From Bugula neritina (lineage: Eukaryota; Animalia; Bryozoa): DNA of 64,000 nucleotides. The stretch covers positions 31,114,773 to 31,178,772 of the forward strand of contig OZ037766.1 of the NCBI GenBank assembly GCA_964035545.1. Reading direction: 5' to 3'. Below the pieces are notes generated by a model, which saw only the letters and a program-made list of their open reading frames with translations, was not told the DNA's origin and did no database searches. The position numbers and the translations under genes are program-made. How positions within the stretch are numbered: position 1 is the first letter of the stretch; each line of letters opens with the position of its first letter. This document shows positions 1-12,578 of this stretch, piece by piece.

Positions 1-557
1 GTCACACTAGCTGAGTCATACTAGCTGGGTCACACTAGCTGAGTCACACTAGCCGAGTCATACTAGCCGAGTCACACTAGCTGGGTCACACTAGCTGAGT
101 CACACTAGCTGAGTCACACTAGCTGAGTCACACTAGCCGGGTCACACTAGCCGAGTCACACTAGCTGGGTCACACTAGCTGAGTCACACTAGCTGAGTCA
201 CACTAGCTGGGTCACACTAGCTGGGTCACACTAGCTGAGTCACACTAGCTGAGTCACACTAGCTGGGTCACACTAGCTGGGTCACACTAGCTGAGTCACA
301 CTAGCTGAGTCACACTAGCTGGGTCACACTAGCTGGGTCACACTAGCTGAGTCACACTAGCTGAGTCACACTAGCTGAGTCACACTAGCTGAGTCACACT
401 AGCTGAGTCACACTAGCTGAGTCACACTAGCTGAGTCACACTAGCTGAGTCACACTAGCTGAGTCACACTAGCTGAGTCACACTAGCTGAGTCACACTAG
501 CTGAGTCACACTAGCTGAGTCATACTAGCTGAGTCACACTAGCTGAGTCACACTAGT
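1..557. repeat. 14-bp minisatellite (GTCACACTAGCTGA)n, ~40 copies, truncated by window start
   Basis: Direct tandem repeat. Variants are seen at only three positions: GC[T/C]G[A/G]GTCA[C/T]ACTA. Confidence 0.97.
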
Positions 558-640
558 TAACCAAAGAGATGAAGACACCCGTTGAAAATCTGTTCTGGTC
601 TCAGATACAGACATCATGTGTGAGCGTGATGCTTTTTCCA

Positions 641-3600
641 TCACGCCCACACACCCAAATTTACTAAAAAATAGGATAAAACATATAAAATCAGCGAAAC
701 TGGAAAAAAATTGCTTATTCAGCTGTATTTGTTAACATTTTATCAATTTAATGCAAAAAACTATATACATTAGCGGCTAAACTGTGAAAAATAGCTAAAA
801 GCTAGAGATATATAGCGTGTCATAAATTATGTTAAGTGACCCATTTACAAGACAACATGCATGCAGTGCTTCTGCAGCTGCTATAAGGACTGATTATTCA
901 TGATTCTACACAGAATATAAAAGTTTAGTCACAATTAAATAGTAATACAATAAGACAATAAAAATGAACACCACACAGTCACACTATGTGACTCATTAAC
1001 AAAAACTGTTCAATGGTAAAGTGAAGAATGTCCTATAAACTTTTACTCAACATCCTATTGTGGCGATAAAACTCTCAGGTAGCAGTGAACGTACCTGGGT
1101 GAGAAGTTACTCTCTGGTAGAACACAGCATTCTTGGGAGGTACGTCTGCAGTGACTGATTTGCTCTGAGCAACTCGCTGAACTGCAGCCTCTCTTTGAGA
1201 TATCTCTATGTTAGTGGACGGCGCTGGAGCGGATACTTGGCGAGCCAGTTGAGGGTTCTGAGAATGAGGCTAAAAACAGTCACGCAACGATATGTTGTAG
1301 TGATATGATATGCTGTAACGATATGATACAATGTGATATGATGTAAGTTTACAGTATGATGTGCTGTATTGTGGCTTTCAGCACATCAACCGTTATCAAC
1401 TCTTGCAGTATTAAGATATCAGAATACTCAAGTATGGCACTGAATTAAATGTCAACAAGCTTACATTAAAAAGACAAAATATTCCCCCAGATTAATAAAC
1501 CTTTACTTCATCTATTTCTGTGCCAAAATAATATATTGTAATGCAGGGAAATAGAACAAGACTACAACTAATAGCTGTGAGTTGGTCAGACAGTGTCTAT
1601 GGTAGTAGCGGTGGTTGGTTAGCCAATCAGTGTCTATGGTAGTAGTGGTGGTTGGTTAGCCAATCAGTGTCTATGGTAAGAGTGAGGGAGAGCCAATCAG
1701 CACCTGATTAGTAGGAGTGAGGGAGGGAGAGCCAACCATCTGTATGCCGAGCAGACGTCCAGCGTTGCTAGGAGCTCCGAGGGACGAAGGTTCCAACTTT
1801 ATTCCCTTCATTTGATGTGAAATGGGGAGAGATTTTCCGGTTAACTGAAACACATGATGTCATATGGTTAGTGTGAATGTTGCTACCTTCAAAAGGTCAA
1901 GGAGAAAACCTAGTAGCCACATCTAAGACAATGATAGCTTAGCATGCTATTACAGGTAATAATCCATCATACCTTAGTCTGAGTGTATTGTACTGCAGGT
2001 AGCATATCATACCTTAGTCTGAGTGTATTGTACTGCAGGTAGCATATCATACCTTAGTCTGAGTGTATTGTACTGCAGGTAGCATATCATACCTTAGTCA
2101 GAGTGTATTGTAAAGCAGGTAGCATACCTTAGTCTGAGAATAGTGAGTTGCAGGTAATGACCCAGGGAGAGGCTCTGTATGAGGAAAAGGCATAAATCGA
2201 GATAGGTCATCACTTCCCATAATGCTCTGTTCAGCCAACCGAGTCTCGGCTTTCATAGAGATGGACGTTGGGGCCGGCATAGTGGCAGCAGCTTGCATTG
2301 GGGTAGTAGCAGCGGTTGTTTGAGTCTATAACATACACACATCTAAAGTGAAGGTATACATACTACTCATATGACACATTTGACACTATAGTTATAGATA
2401 CTACCCCTACAATACAGTTACTTAGTATAGCCGGACACTAGTCCATATAGTCATACATACTACCTCTATAATACAGTTAGTATAGCTTGCCAATGATTTG
2501 TTCAGCTATAGATGCTACCCCTACGATACATGGTATAGTCTATAGCCTCTAACCTCTGACACGCTGACGCCACTTTGAGTAGAGGGAGACCGAGTAGCCT
2601 TTGAGGCAGCTATCGCGGCAGCGCGAGCTGCCTGCATGAATTTGCTTGGTTTAGCTGCCTTCTTTGCTTTGATGGCAGCTCCTTGTGCTTGATGTAGCAT
2701 TTCTAGAAAATTAGAGATGAATGCAACTATATTAGGGTATAGCCATATAAGGGCATAGCCATATAAGGGCATAGGCATATAAGGGCATAGCCATATAAGG
2801 GCATAACCATAGAAGGACATAGCCATAGAAGGACATAGACATACCAAGTTCATCAGCTGTCCTATCTCCGTGTAAATACACCCAATTCTTCTTAGTTGAG
2901 TCGAATTTCACGCACGGGTCTTTCTCATAGTGTAGCCTGTCTAGGGCTCCACTTACTACCTGCGTACATGATACACACATACACTAAACGGCAGAAACAG
3001 AGGGGACACAGTAACTATAGCAACACAGTAACTATAGCAACACAGTAACTATAGCAACACAGTAACTATAGCAACACAGTAACTATAGCAACACAGTAAC
3101 TATAGCAACACAGTAACTATAGCAACACAATTGCCATAGGAACTACTAGAAAGGTGTAACAAGATACTCTAAAGTAATGGTGAACAAGGAGGACTTTGTA
3201 GTTCTTATCTGTGTCATCTTTTACTGCAGTAAACCAGTAAATCTACAGACTACAATATCCAGGATTAGCTGATAGTGCACACCAGGGTACACAGTCTCCA
3301 TTCTGTTCCATAAAAGTAGCCCAAAACTCTTGACTTTTACCTGCCACCCACAGTTGACATACTCACCGTGTTGATGTGATTATCAGAAGCCGTCTCGGAG
3401 ATGAATTGCGACTGCTTGAGTATATCGCATATCTCATACCTTGTCCCCTCACCTTTAGGCAGCCTTGCGGTAGCGTCCCTTACTGCAACATAAAAACATA
3501 GGCTAGAAAGTGTGATAGTAGCTTTACTCCAGCAGTTTCAATTACAGTCAACCGATGTTAGTAATTTACATTTACTTTAATATTTTACAGTAGAACATAT

Positions 3601-6600
3601 AGAAGTAGTATTGTAGAGTAGCACACAGGTAGAACTGGTATTGTAAAGTAGCACACATAGAATTACTATTGTAGAGTAACATACATAGAGCTAGTATTGT
3701 AGGGTAGCACATATAGAAGTAGTGTTGTAGAGTGGCACACAGAGAGAACTAGTACTGTAGCATACCAAGAACTAGTATTACAGAACACCTCACCTAGGGT
3801 TAGTATTGTCACGTAACTTGGTCGGTCATTAACCAGCAGAGCATGCTCTCTGGCCTTGTTGTTGGAGTTAGCTGTGATCTTATCGTAAACACCCTTGACC
3901 GGGCCCACCACATATTCTCTGCCGTCCAGCTTGTAGGTGAAACACCGATGGGGGTGTGCAAACCTCACTGCTTCCTGTTTACGGAAGCTTTCGCCGTGAT
4001 GAGACTCCGGACGGTCATCTTCCTGAAAGTCACTGACTTCTCCCATAATCAGAGCTAGAGAGAAGAGAGCTCAATGTTAGAAATTACCAGAACACATCAC
4101 TGTAAAATTATGTTATTTATAGTCATCTAAATCTAAAAAATAAAGCTAGTTTATTTTAAAGTCGCACATGAAAGACACAGTGCGTGTGCGTGTAAGAGTG
4201 TGTAAGAGTGTGTGTGTGTGTGTTGTGTGTGGGCGTATAACTGTCATATTAAAAGAATAGAGATTGTTATACTGATGCATTAGTTAAATCAAAATGTACA
4301 AACAAGAATAAATTTGATACGAGAGCTGGTAGCCTGTAAACCTCATGTGAAACACATACCGAGAGAAGGGAGCTTTTCCAGCACCTGCACCCACTCAGAG
4401 TTTAGCCTGAGTTTAGAGTCATCAACGCCCACAGCCCACCTCCAGTGCTCTGAAGGAGTGTGCACAATAAGGGGGCTAATCGGGGCCTCTGCAATATTGA
4501 GACCACAGCTAGTAAAATACACACTGCCTCACCACACAGCACACTTATAACATGGTTTACATTCTATCTATTACTGTCTTAACGTACAGGCCACAATACT
4601 CGACTATTCAAGCCATTTAGTATTTACTGTTATGCAGGGGTTCTAAAATAAATTTGAAATAATATTCTAAACACTTTTGTAAAAATATATTTTATTGTTA
4701 CTGTATTTTGTTGTGTTACACCGCCAAGATAATTTTAGTTTGTTAGCTTTTCGTTGATCCAATTTCGACAATTACTTCAATATAATATTATTATACAGCA
4801 TAATAAATTTACAATACAGTCCAAGGAAAACATTTTATAGTATACATACACATTTTAGCTATTTTAGAATTAAATGACAAAATAGATCCATATTGAAATA
4901 TTCAAATCTATACATAAAACTTATTGAAATAAGCTTCCTTAAGTTTAATACGCATGGGTATTACAATATTCAGCAGGAAACTTCTATCAACTATATATCA
5001 GAACCTGTTAATGATCATCAGCTGTCATCTGACACATGTGACAGTTGACACTTACCTGCAAGCACCTGCAGCACGTCTCTGATGTGGGGCTCCCAGTTGT
5101 GTACGAGAGATGACCAAGGACAAAGTTTAGCCGCATCTGTCTGCTGCCATTGGTTGATTTCAGTTGCTATCTGTTGAAATTAACCAATCGTATTCTACCT
5201 TTTTTCTCAATCAAACAACCATATCAACCAACATTGAGTGTATAACTATGATAACAATATGATGATATAGAAATGAAACATTAGTTTGTCTCGAGAAGCT
5301 CACCTCAGAAGTTGTCATATCTCGATGAGATGCAGGGGGAGACGATGAACTTGATGATGTCATAACCTGTCTGAGCAAGCAGAGGACATTCGGATGAGGA
5401 ACAATAGAAGGCCTGCAAATATAAGTGAGTGTTTCACTAGTGTTATACGCTTCAGTTAAATCTTAGTAGAAACAACAAATTGTTACAACAGCCAAGTGAG
5501 AGCCACAGGCACATGTGACACCAAGGTACATGTGACACCAAGGTACATGTGACACCAAGGTACATGTGACACCAAGGTACATGTGACACCAAGGTACATG
5601 TGACACCCAGGTGCATGTGACACCCAGGTATGTGTGACACCAAGGTACATGTGACACCCAGGTACATGTGACACCCAGGTACATGTGACACCAAGGTACA
5701 TGTGACACCCAGGTGCATGTGACACCCAGGTATGTGTGACACCAAGGTACATGTGATCTCAGTAAAAGAAAAAACAACTGAACGCATACTTAGCAGCAGC
5801 TGATTGCCCTTCTGTTTTGGTAACTTTTGGCTTTGGTTTCTTTTCAGGCGGAGCAGATGGTTTCAACTTAGCTTTTTTCATGGGCGGAGCAAAAGTGGAA
5901 GGAGCTTGGGCAGGGGTGATGTCCATTTCGTCGTCACTGTCATGTCTGTCGTTGAGCACTCTGTCGATAACATCTGCCATAGAAGTGTTGCGAGTGTCCA
6001 GAGTGGGTGCAATCTGCAGCAAGAAATAATGTGAAAACAATAAATATACGATATGAATATAGAATACCAAGTACATAATATGAATACAAATAAAATAATA
6101 AATATACAACATGAATATAAGATATTAAATATATAATATGATTATAGAATAATAAATATATAATATAAATATAGAATAATAAATATATAATATGGTTATA
6201 GAATAATATAATATAATATGACAACAGAACATCACCTCTTTGTTGCGTCGTCTCTTGTAATGACGGGAGAGGGCGGTGGGAATGTCAAGAGAATCTTCTT
6301 TGTTTTGTTCGTCTGCAAGTATAACCACAGAATGTAAGTATAACCACAGAATGTAAGTACAGTTACAGCATGTAAGTACAGTTACAGCATGTAAGTACAG
6401 TTACAGCATGTAAGTACAGTTACAGCATGTAAGTACAGGTACAGCATGTAAGTACAGTTACAGCATGTAAGTACAGTTACAGCATGTAAGTACAGTTACA
6501 GCATGTAAGTACAGTTACAGCATGTAAGTACAGTTACAGCATGTAAGTATAGTTACAGCATGTAAGTATAGTTACAGCATGTAAGTATAACCACAGAATG

Positions 6601-9600
6601 CAAGTACAATTACAGCATGTAAGTATAATTACATAATTAAATATATACTAGCATTGCGTGTACATACAACCACAGTATGCACGTACAATACTAGTATATG
6701 TGTACAATCACATAATGTAAGTACAATCACAGTATACAAATTGAACCACAGCGTGTAAGTATAAGGCTAGTATGTAAGTACAGAAGTACGTTAGTGAGTA
6801 GAACCATACAGATAAACACATGCTATGTGCAGTGGATTATATAATATAGTGTAAGCTCTTACCATCTGAGGAGTTGCTATCATAGCCATCTTGACAATGC
6901 TGTTTGACTGACTCTATCACTCTGAATAACAAAAACAGGACACAGTGCTAACTATTTACCAGCGGTATCCTAGCAACACGTAAACTGCGAGAAACACATG
7001 GTAAATATCAACCACACTATTCTGGCACAAACACCAAGCTGAATTTATAAAACCAAGAAACTTGTGTACTGTAAAGGTAGATGCTACAATATACTGGAAG
7101 AGAGGATTGTGATGAAAAAGAGGTTTTAATGGAGTTTTACTGAAACCACCAGAATTCGGCTAGCATACACTGTGAATTATATTCATATATTTTCACCTTG
7201 AATAGATTTAGTGAGGTTCACATAAATAGTTATGATTTACAGCAACATCAAATTGGTTAGATGAAATGGGTGTATATAAAACTCTATTTCTAAAACTATC
7301 CTATAACGAAATCTAAGATTTCATAGGCTAAAATTGTGTACTTTTTATAAAGCTTCTTTGCTCTTTCTTCAACGTTTGAAGATGGGAGATTAAGAATGCC
7401 CCTCGCTGTATCCCTCCATTTGCTGTTAAGTTCTAGGGCTACATCGTCAGCAGGGATGTTTTGTATACTGTCCAGATATTTCTGAATAAAAAAGTGACTA
7501 GATAAAACATTGATAGAAGTGTGAGTCCATAAAAGTATAACTAAATTTATATTAGCTAGTGAATAATAATAAACAGTAAACCTACTATAAACATACTATA
7601 AGCATACTGTAAGCACACAGTAAGCATACAGTAAGCATACTGTAAGCACACAGTAAGCATACTGTAAGCACACAGTAAGCATACTATAAGCATACTATAA
7701 ACATACAGTAAGCATACTATAAGCATACAGTAAGCATACTGTAAGCACGATGTTTACCTGTCTGAGTAAAAGTAGAGTCTGAAGAGACTCGCTGTGTTGC
7801 TGAAGGATCTTCTGCTTGTAAGCCTTGTACATTGACTTTCTCTTTAAAACTCTAATTACATTTCAACATAAAATTAATATTTGCTTTACTAAAGCTGGCA
7901 ATATTGCATAAACCAATAAAATGCTTTAAATTAGATGTCGGCTAAACAATTTAGTATTGAAAGCAATTTCAGCAATTAAAATATAAAAAGATTTTAGTTG
8001 GTAATTCTAGAGACCTAATAACTCCAGATGACTTTAGAAACTCGATAATTCTGATAACTTGAATCAGCAACTTAGATACTACTCAATAGACGACTTAGTT
8101 AGTCAGCAACAGTACCTGTAGTAATAATTTTCAGGATGAAAATGATTTCTTTTCAGAGATTTATGAAATTTTTTGAGAGGGTTTCCAAATTTTATATTTT
8201 GTAGGTTAAATAATTTGTGTAGAGCAGAATCCTGGTCTTTGTGTTCCAGAGGTGGCAACAGTTTCTGGAAAATATTTTAATTTGCATAAAATACTGACAA
8301 CGTGAAAAGATTAAAAATATGCATCAGATTAGATAAAGGTAAATAAACAACATATAGTTCAAAATATAAAAGTGTTACATTGCCTTGATTATAAAAATAC
8401 CTCAAAAACAAAAAATATAAAAAGTGGCAAAAATTTTATATAGCTTTTTAGGATCACAGTGCTTTTCATTAGGTTATTATGTTCGTGACCTTAACATAAA
8501 GAGTCGTGGAATATTATATTTATTTATTTATAATACATAAAAAAGAAAGCTAAAACAAACCCTCAGCCGTTCCCTATCATCATCAGATAGCACAGTTTTC
8601 CATGTTCTGTCACTGAAAATGTGTCTAAAAACATGTTCCTAAAACATGAAAAGAAAATTGTCTGTAGTGTTTAGTATTAGATTTGTTCCCCTTACCGGCT
8701 AGCACTGTCGCACTAAATTTCTGTGCCGACGTGCCTTGATGCAAATAATAAAATCTGTGACATATTGACACAACAAGGCAAGAGTTAAGCACAATAACAA
8801 GGATAACAAAAGTTTGCCAAATGGTTACTGTTAAGACAAGTCAGCAAAAGTAATAATAAATTGACAGTAAGTACATTATTATAAACGAACGGAACTAAAC
8901 ATTAACAATATTTAGTTTAATAGTTTGAAGGCTACAATTCAAATTTACATTCATTCTTAATTTATGTTATGAGTACCAATATGACATCGTTATAATTAAT
9001 TTAATTATTATGATATCGCAATTATTCATTCGATGTTGACACGTATACTAGGTATCAAACTCAATTCCTTGTTTCAGAAATTGTAATCACTATGAATTTG
9101 CTTTAGACTTTTAAACAAAAATTCAACGAATAAAAATACTTTAAATTTAAAATATTGAAAAAATAAAGTTTGAGGAGATACACTAATTACTAGCAACCTG
9201 TGGTTTATGATTTATAGTCATACTAAATTAAGGTCCAACTAGTACTACAACTAGTAATTGTGATCAAACTACAAAGCAAAATAGTAATAGTAATATACCA
9301 GAACTGTAGTAATAACAATACTTATCCCTACTCGAACAGGATAAAGTGGAGATAAGTGAGAAAAATTATCCTAATGCCTATAGTAACAATTATAATCGTT
9401 ATATACTTATAATGACATATATAGTAAATTTAGTGGCTATAAGCTATAAATTATAGAATAAAACTAACAATTATAGTAAATGTAGTTGTGATACTTATAG
9501 TAAATTACTACAAGTATTAGTATAAGTATAAGTATCACAATACAAATAAAACCACATGTAGAACTAGAAGATCAAGACAATCACAATGACTATAAGTATA

Positions 9601-10084
9601 AGTATAAATAATAACAGATAAGAAATAATCATAATGCTAATGGCAATGGAAATGAATAATGATCATGATGAACAACTACTACTAGTACTAGTACTACTAG
9701 TAGTACTCTAGTAAACTACTAGTAGTTGTTCAACTACAAGTACAAATGATACTGATAGTGATAGTCAAACTGAAACTCAAACTGGTAAGACAGAAAAAGT
9801 GATAGTGACAAATTTAAAATTAACTTCAAGACATAGACTTGAAGACCAAAATTTAAGTTGAGTAAACTATAATTAAATGGTGAGTGTAAAGTAAAAGTCA
9901 AAAGAAAAGGGAAACTAAAACTAAAAGTAGTTTAAGCAAAAGGTAAACAGTAATTGTAAATCAAAATCAAAATGTAATTGTTATTGTAAGCTCCAACCTG
10001 AATAATTGAGCTTTTAGGTATCTGTACAATGTCACCTCGAAGCACACAAGGCTCTAGAGTTGGAGAAGAGGCTGCAACACTCAT
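641..10084 (-). CDS. NFRKB: Nuclear factor related to kappa-B-binding protein (INO80 complex subunit G), multi-exon; 3' end tentative
   Basis: ATG at 10084 (MSVAASSPTLEPCVLRGDIVQIPK). DEUBAD-like exons at ~8560-8640 (HIFSDRTWKTVLSDDDRERL) and ~8116-8266 (LLPP...LFNLQNIKFGNPLKKF). Conserved NFRKB blocks FRKQEAVRFAHPHRCFTY...VGPVKGVYDK...KAREHALLVNDRPSYVTILTL (3794-4055), RDATARLPKGEGTRYEICDILKQSQF (~3368-3483) and VVSGALDRLHYEKDPCVKFDSTKKNWVYLH (2845-2960). Low-complexity C-terminal exons follow down to ~641. Confidence 0.92.
1966..2138. repeat. 40-bp intronic tandem repeat that copies an NFRKB exon end plus its 5' splice site
   Basis: ACCTTAGTC recurs at 1971, 2011, 2051, 2091 and ~2126. On the minus strand the units carry GACTAAG|GTATG. 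Confidence 0.9.
2734..2842. repeat. 16-bp intronic minisatellite (AGCCATATAAGGGCAT)n
   Basis: Tandem copies fill most of a ~140-bp NFRKB intron. Confidence 0.9.
3007..3128. repeat. 17-bp intronic minisatellite (CACAGTAACTATAGCAA)n
   Basis: About 7 perfect tandem copies. Confidence 0.95.
5510..5757. repeat. 17-bp intronic minisatellite (CATGTGACACC[A/C]AGGTA)n
   Basis: About 14 copies. It produces the repetitive minus-strand ORFs at 5452-5787. Confidence 0.95.
6315..6630. repeat. 19-bp intronic minisatellite (ATGTAAGTACAGTTACAGC)n
   Basis: Tandem copies start at the minus-strand acceptor near 6313 and degenerate away from it. Confidence 0.93.
7580..7748. repeat. Short-unit intronic minisatellite (TAAGCATAC[T/A]G)-like
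   Basis: Tandem ~11-bp units lie just past a minus-strand donor at ~7757. Confidence 0.85.
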
Positions 10085-10377
10085 ACTGCTCAAGTAACAA
10101 CTTTTTTTTATAATTTTGAGTTTAACTTTATGCCTTCAATTTCAATTCTTGTTACTAATACTTGTTAATTATTACAAGTTTACTATGATTATAGCGCTGT
10201 AAGTATAAGCTCAAGGTCGGTATCACTGAACTAGAAATTTTCCAGTTCGTTGGTCGGTACGGCCGCGCAAGCCTTATCACAGAAAAACTGAGACAATTTG
10301 GGCTATGTCAAGGTGTTCAAAATTATCCCACAATGCACTAAGATCGCTGTTTCCTTTTAAATTTTCAATTTGTGGAG
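10085..10377. promoter_or_regulatory. Bidirectional promoter NFRKB/RPL31 with TCT/5'TOP-type start and short non-coding RPL31 exon 1
   Basis: CpG-containing island at 10215-10270 in otherwise AT-rich DNA. Pyrimidine tract TTTCCTTTT at 10350-10358, followed by the donor GAG|GTGAGT at 10377/10378. Acceptor TTACAG at 11181, 20 nt before the RPL31 ATG. Confidence 0.65.
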
Positions 10378-11200
10378 GTGAGTTCAACACAATTAACTAT
10401 ATTATTTATCAGCATTTCATTCTGATGTACAAGTTTCATCCACCAATTTTTAGACTCTGCATTACTTTTATATTTCCTAATATGGACAATATTTACTATT
10501 TTGTACTCTTATTTTCTCACTATTGGGCTTAAAGGCAACTAGATTGACGATACCTTTACAATTGAAATGTTGTCGGTGTTGGTCATTGACAAGTTGCTTG
10601 AAATGCATTATTTGAAATTAAGCTGAGGTATTGTAGAAAAAGTTGTACTATCGAGGTGTTTAATTTTGAAAAATTAAACATTCCTGGACTTTAAGTTAGC
10701 TCAAAATCGCTGCAATAACACGTATACTTCTAGTAATACTCATAGCCATACTGTTTTTTAATTTTTCATGGCTGTGAATATTGAATATTATAATGAATTA
10801 TAATTAGTATTACTATTTGACAATAGCAGTAGCCAGAAAATAAGATAAGAGAAAGTTACTGATTGAGTGACACTGACTGTAAAGTGTGATGGTATTTCAA
10901 TTTGTGTAAAAAATACATTGCTATAATTATGTCATTTTTTTGCAGTGAAAGTTTATTTTTCTGTAAAATCGTATTAACTATTATAAAATAATTGTTGTTG
11001 AAAGCAATTGAACTGATGCTCTTGAATTTTCTGTTGAAAAATTTTAACTTGAACTTGTAATAAGTCAATAATAAGCAACATAATGCTAAATTTCGTATCA
11101 GTGTTTCACTCCAGAGTTAGAATTCTTTTAAAATTGCTAGTTATCTTGCAACTTGTCACTAATCATGCTTTGCCGTTACAGATACATTTTGAGAACCGAA

Positions 11201-12578
11201 ATGGCTCCGGCAAAGAAAGGAGACAAGAAAAAGTCGGCCATGAATGAGGTGGTGACTAGAGAATACACCATCAACATGCACAAACGTATTCATGGCATGT
11301 AAGTCAAAAACCCTTGCGTTGTAAATACTAAATGACAAGTTGCTGTCTAATTCGTTAAACTATATTCTCTTGGCTGGCAAATGTGTATTTTAGCTGATTA
11401 TATTCTCAAGCTCAAGCCAAGCAAAAATTAGTTTGTTTTTTTCCTCAAGATTAGATTCTTTAGCAAAAAACTTTTTAGTGAATATTTTTCTCAAGCTGAA
11501 ATGGCCAGTTAAATTTCTTTTTAGCTCAACTTTATTTCTTGCTATAAATACCGTCAAGTTGCAAGTTTATCACTCCATTATGCTGATATTGCAGGGGCTT
11601 CAAGAAAAGGGCCCCCAGAGCCATCAAGGAGATAAGAAAGTTTGCCCACAAGACTATGGGTACCTCTGACGTGAGGATTGACAGTCGACTGAATAAACAC
11701 GTCTGGTCATGTGGTATCAGGTGAGTGAACATGCAACTCAATATATTAACCAAAGTCTGCTCACATTTAGACATTATCCTGAAAAAAACCCTCAAGGCTT
11801 TCTGATGATGAAAAACCCATTGGGTTATCTTGCTTGAAAAAGTGTTCGTAACTCAAGAAATATTGTAGAATCTTCACCTTTGTTGAATGGACTTGATCTG
11901 TTTGTAAATACGTGCACCTAATCATCCATTACAATTACTCTGATGATTCAGATGATTTTCAACCTTCAAAATGTTCTGGCTTTTTTAAAAGTGATGACGA
12001 TAAAAAACAGCTGTATTTATGGAAACATCCCAATTTAATTAGGCCTTTAATAAGTTGCTATTGTACTTGTAATCTGGCCATACAGTATACTGCCTACCCT
12101 TTCTAGATTCGTGTAGTATTGATGGTATAAATTAGTTGCTAAATAATCACTTTCGGTGTAATAGTATCTCTGCAGTTTGATCTTGTTGAATAGGAGATAC
12201 GAGCTTCCTATAGTAGCTATGTATATTAAGAGTGCTTTGTTGGGAATTAGAGTAATAGTAATGTCTTTGTTTCAGTTCATTTTAATTCTCAGTAGAAGGC
12301 CAACTCAAATTTCAATTTACCGCCATAATTTATTAGTCAACTCTGTCTCAGTATATCATTGTAGTCAACTCTGTATCTCATTATAGTCAACTCGGTCTCA
12401 GTATATTATTGTAGTCAACTCTGTATCTCATTGTAGAAATGTGCCATATAGGCTTCGTGTGAGACTGGCCAGGAAACGTAACGAAGATGAAGATTCCGCT
12501 GAGAAATTATACACTCTTGTCACTTTTGTTCCTGTAGCTACATTTAAAGGTCTCTCAACAGTTACTGTTGATGAATAA
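11201..12578 (+). CDS. RPL31: 60S ribosomal protein L31 (eL31), 121 aa; exons 11201-11298, 11595-11720, 12437-12578
   Basis: [32 protein letters not shown] / [42 protein letters not shown] / [51 protein letters not shown] sites and phases are consistent. Confidence 0.98.

Noticed and set aside
5452-5787. Cys/His-rich repeat ORFs in three frames
   Set aside because: Translation of a 17-bp intronic minisatellite. The unit is not a multiple of three.
11801-11952. Possible C/D-box snoRNA in RPL31 intron (ATGATGA at 11805, CTGA at 11940)
   Set aside because: The boxes are short and common, the terminal stem is weak, and I could not identify an rRNA-complementary guide. It needs snoscan/Infernal.
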